DNA from: Gammaproteobacteria bacterium
Lineage (GTDB): Bacteria > Pseudomonadota > Gammaproteobacteria > CAJXQU01
Direction: 5' to 3'
Length of the DNA stretch: 64,000 bases
Assembly: GCA_026984775.1 (NCBI GenBank)
Contig: JALSRM010000069.1
Span: 28,939-92,938, forward strand
The notes under the pieces: generated by a model
Seen by the model: the letters and a program-made list of their open reading frames with translations, nothing else
Databases searched by the model: none
What the model was told of the DNA's origin: nothing
Shown here: in pieces, positions 41,361 through 54,700 of the stretch
Layout of the letters: each line of letters opens with the position of its first letter
How positions within the stretch are numbered: the stretch's first letter is position 1
Made by a program: the position numbers and the translations under genes

Positions 41361-41980
41361 GAGTATTTCGCCTCCAGTTTGCTGATGGCATCCTTCGTAA
41401 CAATGACATTCTTGAAACCAATCAAACTGACAGGATCTATCCCTTCGACATCAACAATGCCAACATGATAGAGGTTGCGTGATGCAAGATACAGGTTTTC
41501 AGGGATTTCAGCGGTGATGATAAGAACATCATCTCCAAGACCTAGTTTTTCAAGCCCTGCAACCAGCATTTTTGTTTTCGGTTCAGCAACATCAATGGTA
41601 TCAATCACATATAACCGATTCTGACGTACTAGTTCTGAAAAGATGCCAGCTATGGCCTTACGGTACATCTTGCGGTTGATTTTCTGTTCATAATTCCTTG
41701 GCCTGGCTGCGAAGGCAACACCTCCACTACGCCAGATCGGGCTGCGAATCGTACCTGCCCGCGCACGACCAGTTCCTTTTTGACGCCAGGGTTTGATACC
41801 ACCACCACGTACATCTGAGCGTGACTTGTTGGCTTTCGTTCCCGCTCTAGCAGCAGCTGAATAGGCAGTTACAACCTGATGGATCAACCCTTCGTTGTAA
41901 TCTACTGCGAATAGATCGTCAGTGACGGTGACTTTTCCATCTGCTGAGCCTTTTTCATATGAATGTAGATTTAAATCCAT
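41357..41980 (-). CDS. rplD: 50S ribosomal protein L4
   Basis: [23 protein letters not shown]. Confidence 0.99.
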   Translation of the reverse strand: MDLNLHSYEKGSADGKVTVTDDLFAVDYNEGLIHQVVTAYSAAARAGTKANKSRSDVRGGGIKPWRQKGTGRARAGTIRSPIWRSGGVAFAARPRNYEQKINRKMYRKAIAGIFSELVRQNRLYVIDTIDVAEPKTKMLVAGLEKLGLGDDVLIITAEIPENLYLASRNLYHVGIVDVEGIDPVSLIGFKNVIVTKDAISKLEAKYS

Positions 41981-41990
41981 CTCAATACCC

Positions 41991-42629
41991 TTATACGCGT
42001 GTTGTACGCTTGATCAGTAAATCACCACCCTTTACTCCAGGTACTGCCCCTTTGACAAGCAGAAGGTTTCTTTCAGTATCAACCCGGACAATTTCTAGAT
42101 TCTGGATAGTGCGCCTAACGTTGCCCATATGGCCAGACATTTTTTTCCCTTTAAATACTCGCCCAGGTGTCTGACACTGGCCAATAGAGCCGGGCAAACG
42201 ATGCGCCAGAGAGTTACCGTGTGTCGCATCCTGCGTGGAGAAGTTATGCCGTTTTATGACACCAGCATAACCCTTACCAATTGTTGTTCCAGCAATATCG
42301 ACTTTCTGGCCTTCTTCGAAAATATCAACCTTGATTTCCTCACCAGGCTTGAGATTTTCGCCTTCTCCCTCATCGAGGCGGAATTCCCACAATCCTCTGC
42401 CAGCATCTGTCCCAGCTTTGGCAAAGATACCTGCTTGCGGTTTGTTCACACGGTTTCTGTGTTTGAAACCTGTTGTTACCTGCACCGCACGGTACCCATC
42501 TGATTCGGCAGATTTAACCTGTGTGACACGGTTTGGTTCAACCTCAATTACAGTGACAGGAATCGAGACACCATCTTCTGTAAAAATCCGCGTCATCCCG
42601 CGTTTTTGTCCTACTAATCCAAGTGACAT
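41991..42629 (-). CDS. rplC: 50S ribosomal protein L3
   Basis: [33 protein letters not shown]. Confidence 0.99.
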   Translation of the reverse strand: MSLGLVGQKRGMTRIFTEDGVSIPVTVIEVEPNRVTQVKSAESDGYRAVQVTTGFKHRNRVNKPQAGIFAKAGTDAGRGLWEFRLDEGEGENLKPGEEIKVDIFEEGQKVDIAGTTIGKGYAGVIKRHNFSTQDATHGNSLAHRLPGSIGQCQTPGRVFKGKKMSGHMGNVRRTIQNLEIVRVDTERNLLLVKGAVPGVKGGDLLIKRTTRV

Positions 42630-42650
42630 TTCTTATGACCTTCTTAAAAA

Positions 42651-42962
42651 TCAGTTCAGTTTGATTTGAACATCGACACCCGCTGCCAGATCCAGCTTCA
42701 TTAGCGCATCAACCGTTTTGTCAGTTGGGCTGATGATATCCAGCAGACGCTTATGCGTTCTGATTTCATACTGATCACGCGCATCTTTGTTGACATGCGG
42801 CGAAATCAGCACGGTGAATCGTTCTTTCTTGGTAGGCAAAGGAATTGGACCCTTCACCTGTGCACCGGTACGTTTCGCTGTCTCAATAATCTCCTTGGTC
42901 GATACATCAATTAAACGATGGTCGAAAGCTCTGAGACGGATTCGGATGACTTGTTCACTCAT
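42651..42962 (-). CDS. rpsJ: 30S ribosomal protein S10
   Basis: [29 protein letters not shown]. Confidence 0.99.
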   Translation of the reverse strand: MSEQVIRIRLRAFDHRLIDVSTKEIIETAKRTGAQVKGPIPLPTKKERFTVLISPHVNKDARDQYEIRTHKRLLDIISPTDKTVDALMKLDLAAGVDVQIKLN

Positions 42963-42991
42963 TTTTTTTACCTAAGTCTAATTTATCCAGA

Positions 42992-44182
42992 TCACTCAAT
43001 AATCTTGGAAACAACACCCGCTCCAACAGTCCGGCCACCTTCACGAATCGCAAAGCGTAGCCCTTCTTCCATCGCAATCGGAGCAATCAGTTTGACGGTC
43101 ATCTTCACGTTGTCCCCCGGCATCACCATTTCAGTCCCTTCAGGAAGCTCCACCGCACCCGTCACGTCCGTCGTCCGAAAGTAAAATTGGGGACGGTAGT
43201 TGTTGAAAAAGGGAGTGTGACGTCCGCCTTCGTCTTTCGAAAGAACGTAAACTTCCGCTTCAAAGTGAGTGTGCGGCTTGATCGTCCCAGGCTGCGCCAA
43301 AACCTGTCCGCGCTCCACTTCGTCTCGCTTGGTCCCCCGGAGCAAAACGCCTACGTTGTCTCCCGCCTGACCTTCGTCAAGAAGTTTGCGGAACATCTCT
43401 ACACCCGTGCAGGTGGTGGTCTGGGTTTCACGAATACCCACTATCTCCACTTCGTCTCCTACGTGAATTACGCCCCGCTCAATTCGCCCCGTCACTACCG
43501 TGCCTCGGCCCGATATGGAGAATACGTCTTCTATCGGCATGATAAAGGTCCCATCCACTGCACGTTCCGGATCCGGAATGTAGCTGTCCAGCGCAGCCAC
43601 CAGCTTGTCTATGCTCTGCGTCCCTATTTCGCTGTCGTCGCCTTCCAGCGCCTTCAGTGCAGAGCCGATAATGACCGGGGTGTCGTCGCCAGGAAAGTCG
43701 TAGCTGTCCAGAAGTTCGCGGATCTCCATCTCCACCAGTTCCAGTAGTTCTTCGTCATCCACCATGTCGGCCTTGTTCATGTACACAATGATGTAGGGTA
43801 CACCTACCTGACGAGAAAGAAGAATGTGTTCCCGCGTCTGAGGCATCGGGCCATCCGCCGCCGATACCACCAGTATCGCTCCGTCCATCTGCGCCGCACC
43901 CGTGATCATGTTCTTCACGTAGTCCGCATGTCCCGGACAGTCAACATGAGCATAGTGGCGTTTCTCGCTCTCGTATTCCACGTGCGCAGTCGCGATGGTT
44001 ATCCCTCGCTCTCGCTCTTCCGGGGCGTTGTCTATCTGGTCGTAGGCTTTCGATTCTCCACCAAATTTCTGCGCCTGATGCGTCGTGATCGCCGCCGTCA
44101 GGGTCGTCTTACCATGGTCTACATGACCAATTGTGCCGACATTCACATGTGGTTTGCTTCGTTCAAATTTTTCCTTGGACAC
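42992..44182 (-). CDS. tuf: Elongation factor Tu (str-operon copy, GTG start)
   Basis: [21 protein letters not shown]; follows fusA. Confidence 0.99.
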   Translation of the reverse strand: MSKEKFERSKPHVNVGTIGHVDHGKTTLTAAITTHQAQKFGGESKAYDQIDNAPEERERGITIATAHVEYESEKRHYAHVDCPGHADYVKNMITGAAQMDGAILVVSAADGPMPQTREHILLSRQVGVPYIIVYMNKADMVDDEELLELVEMEIRELLDSYDFPGDDTPVIIGSALKALEGDDSEIGTQSIDKLVAALDSYIPDPERAVDGTFIMPIEDVFSISGRGTVVTGRIERGVIHVGDEVEIVGIRETQTTTCTGVEMFRKLLDEGQAGDNVGVLLRGTKRDEVERGQVLAQPGTIKPHTHFEAEVYVLSKDEGGRHTPFFNNYRPQFYFRTTDVTGAVELPEGTEMVMPGDNVKMTVKLIAPIAMEEGLRFAIREGGRTVGAGVVSKIIE

Positions 44183-44237
44183 CTTGATACCCCTTTAACT
44201 TATCTAATTTCTTTAAGCCACCAAACTTGTTAATTAG

Positions 44238-46334
44238 TTAACCATGTTGGTTGATTACTGCGTCCGCAATATTCTGCGGCGCCTCTGCGTAATGTGAGAA
44301 TTCCATTGTGTAGGTTGCTCTGCCCTGTGTGCTTGAACGCAGTGCAGTGGCATACCCAAACATTTCACTCAATGGAACCTCTACCTTAATTACCTTGCCA
44401 GCAGGTGAGTCTTCCGTTCCCTGCAGTATTCCTCGGCGGCGATTCAAGTCACCATTTACCGTGCCGAGATATTCCTCTGGTGTAACAACCTCCACAGACA
44501 TAATCGGCTCAAGCAATACTGGATCTGCCCGGCTTACGCCTTCTCTGAAGGCCATTGAGCCTGCAACTTTAAAGGCCATTTCTGACGAGTCCACATCATG
44601 ATACGACCCATCGTAGAGTGTTACCTTGATGTCAACTACCGGATATCCAGCGAGGACACCGTTTTCCATCTGTTCTCGTATTCCTTTTTCAACCGCTGGT
44701 ATGTATTCCTTGGGAACCGTCCCACCAACGATCTCATTGACAAATTCGAAACCGGCTCCCGCCTCCATTGGTTCGATTTTCAGAATGACGTGCCCATACT
44801 GGCCACGACCACCCGATTGTCGAACAAATTTGCCTTCCGCCTTTTCGACTGTCTTTCTTATCGTCTCGCGGTAAGCCACCTGTGGCTTACCAATATTGGC
44901 CTCAACCCCAAATTCGCGTCGCATCCGATCAACAATAATATCAAGATGCAGCTCTCCCATCCCCGATATGATCGTCTGACCCGACTCCTCATCTGATCGA
45001 ACCCGGAAGGATGGATCTTCCTGTGCCAGTTTCGACAAAGCCACCCCCATCTTTTCCTGATCAGCTTTAGTTTTCGGCTCAACAGCGACTGAAATTACCG
45101 GCTCCGGGAATTCCATTCGTTCCAGTGTGATTATTTCTTTCAGATCACACAGCGTATCACCCGTTGTTACATCTTTAAGCCCGACTGCTGCTGCGATATC
45201 ACCCGCTCGAACTTCCTTAATTTCTTCACGGTGATTGGCGTGCATTTGCAGCAAACGGCCAATTCTTTCTTTCTTGTCCTTAATCGGGTTATAGACAGTG
45301 TCTCCAGTTGACAAAACCCCGGAATAAACCCGTATAAATGTCAACGTCCCGACAAATGGATCTGTCGCAATCTTGAACGCCAGCGAAGCAAAAGGTGCTT
45401 CATCACTTGCAAGACGTTCACCTTCACTCCCATCCTTCAGCTCCCCCTTGATAGGCGGCACATCAATCGGCGAAGGCAGGTATTCGACAATCGCATCCAG
45501 CATGGCCTGAACACCCTTGTTCTTGAAAGCCGAACCACAACAAATCAGTACGATTTCGTTATCCAGCGTTCTTTTGCGCAGACCTTTTTTTATCTCTTCA
45601 TCTGAAAGCTCTTCACCTTCCAGATATTTTTCCATCAATTCATCAGAGGCTTCTGCAGCTGTTTCAACTAGCTTTTCCCGATACCCCTCACATTCTTCCA
45701 GCATTGCCTCCGGCACTGCATCCTCTTCGAACTTGGCACCTTGGGTTTCTTCATCCCAGTAAATTGCTTTCATTTTGATGAGGTCTACAACCCCTTCAAA
45801 ATTTTCTTCAGCACCAATAGGCAGTTGCAACAATATAGGGTTACTTCCCAATCTATCCTTGATCTGCCCGACCACCCGCATAAAATCAGCCCCAGACCTG
45901 TCCATCTTGTTCACGAACCCAATTCGTGGGACATGGTACTTGTCGGCCTGCCTCCAGACTGTTTCTGACTGAGGCTCTACACCTCCCACAGCACAAAAAA
46001 CAGCAACAGCACCATCAAGGACACGTAATGATCGTTCGACCTCGATCGTAAAATCCACATGCCCTGGCGTATCGATGATATTGATGCGATGTTCATCGAA
46101 ATTTTTATCCATGCCACGCCAAAAGCATGTTGTCGCAGCAGAAGTAATGGTTATCCCTCTCTCCTGCTCCTGCTCCATCCAGTCCATAACAGCAGCGCCA
46201 TCATGAACTTCCCCTATCTTGTGAGAGATGCCGGTATAAAACAGAATTCTTTCTGTTGTCGTTGTCTTACCTGCATCAATGTGGGCCATAATTCCAACAT
46301 TACGATACCGCTCTATTGGAGTTTTGCGCGCCAC
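44238..46334 (-). CDS. fusA: Elongation factor G
   Basis: [31 protein letters not shown]. Confidence 0.99.
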   Translation of the reverse strand: MARKTPIERYRNVGIMAHIDAGKTTTTERILFYTGISHKIGEVHDGAAVMDWMEQEQERGITITSAATTCFWRGMDKNFDEHRINIIDTPGHVDFTIEVERSLRVLDGAVAVFCAVGGVEPQSETVWRQADKYHVPRIGFVNKMDRSGADFMRVVGQIKDRLGSNPILLQLPIGAEENFEGVVDLIKMKAIYWDEETQGAKFEEDAVPEAMLEECEGYREKLVETAAEASDELMEKYLEGEELSDEEIKKGLRKRTLDNEIVLICCGSAFKNKGVQAMLDAIVEYLPSPIDVPPIKGELKDGSEGERLASDEAPFASLAFKIATDPFVGTLTFIRVYSGVLSTGDTVYNPIKDKKERIGRLLQMHANHREEIKEVRAGDIAAAVGLKDVTTGDTLCDLKEIITLERMEFPEPVISVAVEPKTKADQEKMGVALSKLAQEDPSFRVRSDEESGQTIISGMGELHLDIIVDRMRREFGVEANIGKPQVAYRETIRKTVEKAEGKFVRQSGGRGQYGHVILKIEPMEAGAGFEFVNEIVGGTVPKEYIPAVEKGIREQMENGVLAGYPVVDIKVTLYDGSYHDVDSSEMAFKVAGSMAFREGVSRADPVLLEPIMSVEVVTPEEYLGTVNGDLNRRRGILQGTEDSPAGKVIKVEVPLSEMFGYATALRSSTQGRATYTMEFSHYAEAPQNIADAVINQHG

Positions 46335-46355
46335 AATCTGCTTCCCCTTTCCCTC

Positions 46356-46826
46356 TTACCAGCGGAAATGAGAGAATGCCCTATTTGCCTCTGCCATTCT
46401 GTGTGTATCTTCCTTCTTCTTGACAGCCGCCCCTCGATTTTCATAGGCATCCATCAATTCTCCAGCTATCCGTAGACCCATGGTCTTCTCACCACGTTTG
46501 CGTGCCGCTTCAACCAACCAGCGCATCGCCAGTGCGGTACGCCTGTTGGCGCGTACTTCTACAGGCACCTGATATGTGGCACCACCCACACGGCGCGATT
46601 TCACTTCAACCTTAGGCCGGATATTGTCAAGTGCCTGGCTAAAGGCTTCCAGAGGATCGTTCATGCCTTTTTCTTTCATTTGGTCAAGTGCACCATAGAC
46701 AATCTTTTCGGCAATAGACTTCTTGCCATCTTTCATTACCATATTGACGAACTTGGCCAGTGTTTCGTCTCCGAACTTTGGATCAGGGAGTATAGTTCTC
46801 TTAGCAGCAACTCTTCTTCTGGACAT
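46356..46826 (-). CDS. rpsG: 30S ribosomal protein S7
   Basis: [23 protein letters not shown]. Confidence 0.99.
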   Translation of the reverse strand: MSRRRVAAKRTILPDPKFGDETLAKFVNMVMKDGKKSIAEKIVYGALDQMKEKGMNDPLEAFSQALDNIRPKVEVKSRRVGGATYQVPVEVRANRRTALAMRWLVEAARKRGEKTMGLRIAGELMDAYENRGAAVKKKEDTHRMAEANRAFSHFRW

Positions 46827-46867
46827 GTTTTAACCTGATTTTCCGCTTAATTTTATATTTCTCTGAA

Positions 46868-47242
46868 TTACGACTTGGGTCGTTTGGTTCCATACTTGGA
46901 GCGCCCTTTCCTTCTATCAGCAACACCAGCTGTATCAAGCGTACCGCGAACAGTATGGTATCGAACACCGGGCAAGTCCTTGACACGACCGCCTCGTATA
47001 AGAATAACCGAGTGTTCCTGTAGATTATGCCCTTCACCACCAATATAAGTGGTAACTTCATAACCGTTTGTCAATCTTACACGGGCAACCTTTCTCATTG
47101 CAGAGTTAGGTTTTTTTGGCGTAGTCGTATATACGCGAGTACAAACGCCTCTTCTCTGCGGACAGCTTTCCAGAGCAGGAACCTTGCTCTTAGCCCTCTG
47201 GCGCTTACGCGGTTTTCTAACCAGCTGGTTTATTGTTGCCAT
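46868..47242 (-). CDS. rpsL: 30S ribosomal protein S12
   Basis: [29 protein letters not shown]. Confidence 0.99.
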   Translation of the reverse strand: MATINQLVRKPRKRQRAKSKVPALESCPQRRGVCTRVYTTTPKKPNSAMRKVARVRLTNGYEVTTYIGGEGHNLQEHSVILIRGGRVKDLPGVRYHTVRGTLDTAGVADRRKGRSKYGTKRPKS

Positions 47243-47292
47243 GCAAATAACTTCCTCAATCTATATGTCTCTTACAAAAAACCATATAGCCT

Positions 47293-47381
47293 AAAAAAAA
47301 CTAACCACCGAAATGATGATGTGTTTACACCTTTTCGATGGTCTGAAAAAAATGACAGACTTGGCAAAAGCCAAGCCTGTC
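47293..47381 (-). promoter_or_regulatory. Structured rpsL leader with two tandem terminator-like hairpins (putative attenuator)
   Basis: Minus strand GACAGGCTTGGC-TTTT-GCCAAGTCTGTC + ATTTTTTT, then ACCATCGAAA...TTTCGGTGGT + TAGTTTTTTTT. Confidence 0.6.
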
Positions 47382-47395
47382 AATAAAGAGGCGGA

Positions 47396-47424
47396 ATTGT
47401 ATTTTCCTTACCGCAACCTGTCAA
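47396..47424 (-). promoter_or_regulatory. str-operon sigma70 promoter
   Basis: Minus strand TTGACA-17 bp-TACAAT followed by TCCGCCTC. Confidence 0.8.
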
Positions 47425-47485
47425 GGCCAAAGATGATCTTTTTTAGGTAAACACCGAATGTTTCAATGCCCCTGCTATCTCTTCT

Positions 47486-50400
47486 TCAAGCGCTTTCAGA
47501 AGCTGCGTCAAGATCATCGTCAACCTGTGGCGGTTGTTCAATCTTTGTTTCCTCTGATGATCCCTGCCCGTTTTCTTCTGTTGGAACAGCCATCATTTCT
47601 GTGAGTTCGTCTGAACGCTTCCGCCGACGATCCTTATGGTAGGCGTATCCAGTCCCTGCCGGGATCAATCGTCCAACAATAACGTTCTCTTTCAGACCTC
47701 GTAATTCGTCCTTCTTCCCGTTGACGGACGCCTCAGTCAAGACACGGGTGGTTTCCTGGAACGAGGCTGCTGAAATAAAGGATTCGGTGGCCAGAGATGC
47801 TTTGGTAATACCCAACAGCAACTGTCGCCACTTCGCAGGTTGCTTGCCCTCCGCCTTCATACGTTCATTCTCAATCAGGATGGCCTCTTTTTCTATTTGT
47901 TCACCTTTTAGGTAGCGAGTATCACCCGGATCCTCAATTTCGACCTTTCTTAGCATCTGGCGCACTATCACTTCAATGTGCTTATCATTGATTTTCACAC
48001 CTTGGAGCCTGTAAACATCCTGAACCTCATGAACGATATATTCAGCTAGTGCCAAAATACCCTTGAGACGCAAGATATCATGAGCATCCGGAGCACCATC
48101 AACAATCATTTCGCCACGTTCTACATGCTCACCCTCAAACACATTGATATGCCGCCATTTCGGGATCAGGGTCTCTGTCTGCTCCCCATTTGTATCGGTA
48201 ATAATGAGCCGTTGTTTGCCTTTAGTTTCCTTACCGAAACTGACTGTACCGGTTGCCTCTGCCAGAATTGCAGGCTCTTTCGGTTTCCTTGCCTCAAACA
48301 GATCGGCAACACGAGGTAGACCACCAGTGATGTCACGGGTCTTGGCTGATTCCTGAAGCAGACGGGCAATGACATCACCGACATTAACTTCCTGTTTGTC
48401 ATTAACAACAATGACGGCATTGGCAGGTAATGGGTAATGTGCGGGAATCTTTGTGCCTGGAATGTACAGATCCTTTCCTTTTCCATCCACCAATCTAACA
48501 GTTGGCTTCAGATCCTTAGCAGCAGCGGGACGCTGTTTCGGATCAGTAACCACCAGACTGGACATACCCGTAATTTCGTCGACTTCGCGTACAACGGTTG
48601 TTCCTTCGATGATGTCACTAAATTCGACGATACCTTTTACTTCAGAAATCACTGGATGGGTATGTGGATCCCATGTGGCGACAACCTGCCCTGGTTCAAC
48701 TTCACTCCCTTCTTTGACTGACAGTTCAGCTCCGTAGGGAACCTTGTAACGTTCCTTTTCACGGCCATTTTCGTCAATTATGGCCAGACCACCGGAGCGA
48801 GAGACCGTGATCAGCTTCCCATCGGCACGTTCCAGAAGTTTGATATTGTGCAGTTTGACTGTCCCTTTCGACTTAACCTCGATACTGTTGACAGCAACTG
48901 TACGGGAGGCTGCACCACCGATATGGAACGTACGCATTGTTAGCTGCGTACCAGGTTCACCGATCGATTGTGCTGCCATGACGCCGACAGCCTCACCCAC
49001 GTTGACCATGTCACCACGAGCCAGATCACGTCCATAACAGGCACGACAGACTCCATAGTGAGTTTTACATGTGATGGCGGATCGGACCTTGACTTCATCA
49101 ATACCATTCTTCTCGAGTATGTCGATCCAGTTTTCATCCAGAAGCACATTGCGCTTGACGACAATTTCATCACCACCGGGTTTGTAAACGTCCTCGGCAA
49201 CAACTCTGCCCAGTACACGTTCACGCAGCGGTTCCACAACATCACCACCTTCGATGATTGGATTCATGACAAGACCATCTTCTGTACCGCAGTCTTCTTC
49301 AGTAACCACCAGATCCTGTGCAACATCGACTAAACGGCGGGTCAGGTATCCGGAGTTTGCCGTTTTCAGTGCGGTATCCGCGAGACCCTTACGTGCGCCA
49401 TGGGTTGAGATGAAGTACTGCAGAACGTCTAAACCCTCCCGGAAGTTTGCCTTGATCGGGGTTTCGATGATCGAACCGTCCGGTTTTGCCATCAGGCCTC
49501 GCATGCCAGCAAGCTGTCTGATCTGTGCGGCCGAACCACGAGCCCCCGAATCCGCCATCATGAAAATGGAATTGAAAGAAGGTTGTGACACCTCTTTTCC
49601 CTCCGCATCAATAACTTTTTCAGTACCCAGCTCTTCCATCATGGCCTTTGCAACCTGATCATTGGTATGAGACCAGATATCGACCACCTTATTATAGCGT
49701 TCACCATTAGTCACCAAACCATTGGCGTATTGTTCTTCAATTTCCCTGACGCCCTCCTCAGCCTGTTTGATGATTTCCGATTTGACCTTCGGAACAACCA
49801 TGTCTTCGATACCGATGGAAACACCCGCACGGGTTGCCATCCGAAACCCCTTGTACATCAACTGGTCAGCAAACACCACGGTATCCTTGACATCCAGCTC
49901 TCGGTAACAACTGTTGATCAAGTTCGAGATCGCTTTTTTGTTCATCACCTGATTAACCAGGTCAAATGATAATCCTTCAGGAAGGATCTCAGACAGCATG
50001 GCACGACCGGCTGTGGTATCGACCATTCGCGTCTTCCGTACTTTTTCACCGTCAACTGTATTTGTTTCGGTAATCCGTACTTTGATTTTTGCGTGGATAC
50101 TTACAGCTCCTGCTTCATATGCCCGGATCACTTCTCCCACATTCGCAAAACTCATCCCCTCTCCCTTAGCACCGATGGATTCACGTGTCATGTAATACAG
50201 ACCAAGAACCACGTCCTGGGAGGGAACGATGATCGGTTCGCCATTTGCAGGCGAAAGGACATTATTGGTGGACATCATCAGTGTCCTGGCTTCTAGCTGT
50301 GCCTCTATCGACAGTGGTACGTGGACAGCCATTTGGTCGCCGTCAAAGTCTGCATTAAAGGCGGTACACACCAACGGATGGAGCTGAATTGCCTTACCTT

Positions 50401-51727
50401 CGATCAGGATCGGCTCAAAGGCCTGAATACCCAAACGATGCAGCGTCGGCGCCCTGTTGAGCATGACAGGATGTTCACGGATCACATCTTCCAGAATATC
50501 CCAAACTTCAGGCCCCTCTCTTTCGACCGCCTTCTTTGCAGCCTTGATCGTAGTTGCAATGCCCAGCCGTTCAAGTTTGCTGAATATGAACGGCTTAAAG
50601 AGCTCCAGCGCCATCTTTTTCGGCAAACCACATTGGTGTAGTCGCAGTGAGGGGCCGACCACGATAACTGAACGGCCAGAGTAGTCTACTCGTTTACCCA
50701 ACAGATTCTGACGAAAACGGCCCTGCTTACCCTTGATCATATCTGCCAGGGACTTGAGTGGCAGCTTATTGGTGCCGGTAATGGCACGCCCTCGACGACC
50801 GTTGTCCAGGAGAGCATCGACCGATTCCTGCAACATACGTTTCTCATTGCGGACAATGATATCCGGCGCACCCAAATCAAGAAGCCGCTTGAGACGATTG
50901 TTTCGGTTGATCACTCTGCGATACAGATCGTTCAGATCAGATGTGGCAAAGCGCCCGCCGTCGAGTGGTACCAGTGGCCGTAACTCTGGAGGAAGGACCG
51001 GCAAAACTCGAAGAATCATCCACTCTGGCTTATTACCGGAATGAAGAAAACCTTCCATCAACTTAAGACGCTTGGTCATCTTCTTCAGTTTGGTTTCTGA
51101 AGTCGTAGATGGAAGTGCTTCCCGTATCGCTTTGATTTCTTCAGCCAGATCGATGTCGTTAAGTAAATCAAGAATTGCTTCCGCACCCATCTTTGCTGTG
51201 AAATCATCTCCGTATTCCTCGACAGCATCCAAGTAGTTTTCTTCAGACAACAACTGACCTTGCTCCAGTGCGGTCATGCCTGGATCAGTAACCACGTAAG
51301 CCTCGAAATAGAGAACTCGCTCAATATCCCGGAGAGTCATATCCAATAACAGTCCCATCCGGGATGGCAGGGATTTCTGATACCAGATATGGGCTACAGG
51401 ACAGGCAAGCTCAATATGGCCCATGCGTTCACGGCGTACTTTGGCCTGAGTGACTTCTACACCACACTTTTCACAGACCACACCGCGATGTTTCAGACGT
51501 TTATATTTCCCGCACAGGCATTCATAGTCCTTGACCGGTCCGAATGTCTTCGCACAAAACAACCCATCCCGTTCGGGCTTGAACGTGCGATAATTGATTG
51601 TTTCAGGTTTTTTAACCTCTCCGTAAGACCATGAGCGGATCTTTTCTGGAGATGCCAGTCCAATACTTATCGCGTCGAAATCTTCAACGTGACTTTGTTG
51701 TCTCAGAAAATTTAATAAGTCTTTCAA
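47486..51727 (-). CDS. rpoC: RNA polymerase beta' subunit (TTG start)
   Basis: NADFDGD catalytic motif, N-terminal zinc finger, [18 protein letters not shown]. Confidence 0.99.
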   Translation of the reverse strand: MKDLLNFLRQQSHVEDFDAISIGLASPEKIRSWSYGEVKKPETINYRTFKPERDGLFCAKTFGPVKDYECLCGKYKRLKHRGVVCEKCGVEVTQAKVRRERMGHIELACPVAHIWYQKSLPSRMGLLLDMTLRDIERVLYFEAYVVTDPGMTALEQGQLLSEENYLDAVEEYGDDFTAKMGAEAILDLLNDIDLAEEIKAIREALPSTTSETKLKKMTKRLKLMEGFLHSGNKPEWMILRVLPVLPPELRPLVPLDGGRFATSDLNDLYRRVINRNNRLKRLLDLGAPDIIVRNEKRMLQESVDALLDNGRRGRAITGTNKLPLKSLADMIKGKQGRFRQNLLGKRVDYSGRSVIVVGPSLRLHQCGLPKKMALELFKPFIFSKLERLGIATTIKAAKKAVEREGPEVWDILEDVIREHPVMLNRAPTLHRLGIQAFEPILIEGKAIQLHPLVCTAFNADFDGDQMAVHVPLSIEAQLEARTLMMSTNNVLSPANGEPIIVPSQDVVLGLYYMTRESIGAKGEGMSFANVGEVIRAYEAGAVSIHAKIKVRITETNTVDGEKVRKTRMVDTTAGRAMLSEILPEGLSFDLVNQVMNKKAISNLINSCYRELDVKDTVVFADQLMYKGFRMATRAGVSIGIEDMVVPKVKSEIIKQAEEGVREIEEQYANGLVTNGERYNKVVDIWSHTNDQVAKAMMEELGTEKVIDAEGKEVSQPSFNSIFMMADSGARGSAAQIRQLAGMRGLMAKPDGSIIETPIKANFREGLDVLQYFISTHGARKGLADTALKTANSGYLTRRLVDVAQDLVVTEEDCGTEDGLVMNPIIEGGDVVEPLRERVLGRVVAEDVYKPGGDEIVVKRNVLLDENWIDILEKNGIDEVKVRSAITCKTHYGVCRACYGRDLARGDMVNVGEAVGVMAAQSIGEPGTQLTMRTFHIGGAASRTVAVNSIEVKSKGTVKLHNIKLLERADGKLITVSRSGGLAIIDENGREKERYKVPYGAELSVKEGSEVEPGQVVATWDPHTHPVISEVKGIVEFSDIIEGTTVVREVDEITGMSSLVVTDPKQRPAAAKDLKPTVRLVDGKGKDLYIPGTKIPAHYPLPANAVIVVNDKQEVNVGDVIARLLQESAKTRDITGGLPRVADLFEARKPKEPAILAEATGTVSFGKETKGKQRLIITDTNGEQTETLIPKWRHINVFEGEHVERGEMIVDGAPDAHDILRLKGILALAEYIVHEVQDVYRLQGVKINDKHIEVIVRQMLRKVEIEDPGDTRYLKGEQIEKEAILIENERMKAEGKQPAKWRQLLLGITKASLATESFISAASFQETTRVLTEASVNGKKDELRGLKENVIVGRLIPAGTGYAYHKDRRRKRSDELTEMMAVPTEENGQGSSEETKIEQPPQVDDDLDAASESA

Positions 51728-51754
51728 GATACTGCCTCCAGTTTGAGGGCTAAA

Positions 51755-54700
51755 TTAATCGCGTCGTTCGAGTTCAATATCAATACCCAGAGATCGAATC
51801 TCTTTCAACAGGACATTGAATGATTCCGGCATACCCGCTTCCATCTGATGGTTGCCATCCACGATGTTCTTGTACATCTTGGTCCTGCCCTGAACATCGT
51901 CGGACTTGACAGTGAGCATTTCCTGCAGAGTATAGGCCGCACCATAGGCTTCCAATGCCCATACCTCCATTTCACCAAAACGCTGACCACCAAACTGCGC
52001 CTTACCTCCCAGTGGCTGCTGGGTAACCAGGCTGTATGGGCCCGTCGAGCGTGCATGCATCTTATCATCAACCAGATGGTTCAGTTTCAACATATACATG
52101 TATCCCACAGTAACCGGCCGATCAAACTTCTCGCCCGTTTGGCCATCAATCAAGATTGTCTGACCACTACGTGGTAGATCGGCGAGCTCCAACATATCCT
52201 TGATCTCGTCTTCAGTGGCACCATCGAACACCGGTGTTGCCATAGGGACCCCAGATTTCAGATTTTCTGCGAGTGTCAGGATTTCTTCATCACTGAATTC
52301 CTTGAGAGCCTCTTTTTTGCCGGTCCTGTTGTAGATGTCTTCCAGGAATTTTCTCAACTCTACAACTTTTTCCTGGGTTTTGAGCATTTTACCGATCTTG
52401 ATTCCCAAGCCTTTTGCAGCCCAGCCAAGATGGGTCTCAAGAATCTGTCCAATGTTCATACGTGAAGGAACACCAAGTGGATTCAGGACAATGTCAACCG
52501 GTGTACCATCTTCCATATGCGGCATATCTTCAACCGGAACTATATTAGAGATAACGCCTTTGTTGCCGTGACGCCCAGCCATTTTGTCGCCAGGCTGAAG
52601 GACACGTCTTACGGCCATATAGACCTTGATCATCTTCAGAACACCTGGTGCCAGGTCGTCTCCACTGGTCAGCTTGATACGCTTCTCTTCGAACAGCTTT
52701 TCAAAAGCAATCTTGTGTTCTTCGATCTGTGCCGCAGCACTTTCCAGCTCCTCATTGGCCTTGTCATCTTCAAGGCTGATCTCAAACCACTTTTCACGAT
52801 CCAGATCTGCAAGATAGTCTTTTGTTATCTTACTGCCTTTCTTCAGCCCCTTAGGACCCTTTTTCGCGACTGCTCCAATCAACAGTTTTTCAACCCGCTG
52901 ATAGACGTCACCAATCATGATTCGCAGCTGGTCATCTAGATCCTTGCGCACTCTGGCCATTTCTGACTTTTCAATAGAGAGTGCACGGGCATCTTTTTCC
53001 ACTCCATCGCGAGTAAATACCTGTACATCGATAATGGTGCCGTATTTTCCTGATGGTACGCGTAAGGAAGTATCCTTCACATCCGATGCTTTTTCGCCAA
53101 AGATTGCACGGAGAAGTTTTTCTTCCGGTGTCAGCTGAGTCTCGCCTTTTGGTGTAACTTTACCAACAAGAATATCACCAGGCTGGACCTTGGCACCAAT
53201 ATAGACAATACCGGATTCATCCAACTTGGACAGCGCACTTTCGCTGACATTGGGGATATCCGCTGTGATTTCTTCAGCACCAAGCTTTGTATCCCGTGCT
53301 ACACAAGTCAGTTCTTCAATATGGATGCTGGTATAACGATCTTCTTGAACCACACGTTCAGAAATCAGGATCGAGTCCTCAAAGTTATAACCATTCCAGG
53401 GCATAAATGCCACCAGCATGTTTTGTCCAAGCGCCAGCTCGCCAAGATCAGTCGAAGGTCCATCAGCAAGGACATCGCCACGGGATATTTTGTCACCCAA
53501 TGTAACCAATGGCCGTTGATTGATACAGGTATTCTGGTTGGAACGGGTGTATTTGGTCAGATTATAAATATCTACACCAGATTCTCCTGGTTCGGTTTCA
53601 TTATCATTGACTCGAACTACAATCCTGCTGGCATCTACAGAATCAATGACACCACCACGTTGAGCAACAACTGTCACACCAGAATCTCTTGCCACAGTCA
53701 GTTCCAGACCCGTACCACACAATGGCTTTTCTGCTTTGAGTACAGGCACTGCCTGACGTTGCATGTTAGATCCCATCAAGGCACGGTTTGCATCATCATG
53801 CTCCAGGAACGGGATCAGCGATGCGGCAACCGAAACGATCTGACTTGGTGAAACATCCATGTAATCGATTTTGTCTGGTGTCGATAAGGTAAACTCATTC
53901 TGATGACGGCAGGGGATAAAATCCTCAACCATTTTTCCCTTGCTATCGACCTTGGCATTGGCCTGTGCGATCACATACTGGCCTTCTTCAATCGCAGAAA
54001 GATATTCGATTTCATTCGTCACTATGCCGTCCTTGACTTTACGATAAGGCGTCTCAAGGAAACCGTACTTGTTTGTCCGTGCATAGACAGCTAGTGAATT
54101 GATCAAACCGATATTTGGACCTTCAGGCGTCTCGATCGGGCAAACACGACCATAATGTGTCGGATGTACGTCACGGACTTCGAAACCGGCCCGTTCACGA
54201 GTCAAACCACCGGGCCCGAGTGCGGAAACGCGTCGCTTGTGTGTCACCTCAGACAAGGGATTATTCTGATCCATGAACTGTGATAGTTGGCTTGATCCAA
54301 AAAACTCTTTCACCACTGCTGACACAGGTCGAGCATTGATCAGTTCCTGCGGCATATAGCCTTCCGAATCGGCCAGTGTCAGGCGCTCTCTGACAGCACG
54401 TTCAACACGTACTAGACCAACCCGGAACTGGTTCTCTGCCATCTCGCCCACACTACGTACACGGCGATTACCCAAATGATCGATATCATCGACCGTCCCA
54501 TGACCATTACGGATGTCGATGAGCGTTTTCAGTACATCGATAATGTCTTCTTTGGAAAGGGTACCTTCACCCTCGATCTCTTCACGACCAAGACGACGAT
54601 TGAATTTCATTCGCCCAACGGCTGACAGATCATATCGATCCGAGCTGAAGAATAGGTTTTTGAACAGATTTTCGGCAGAGTCCTTAGTTGGAGGCTCGCC

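Noticed and set aside
43187..43747. 186-aa antisense ORF duplicated at 59814-60374
   Set aside because: Its duplication simply reflects the tuf duplication; there is no independent evidence of coding.
54200..54310. Rifampicin-resistance substitutions in rpoB cluster I
   Set aside because: The sequence [26 protein letters not shown] has the sensitive-type residues.
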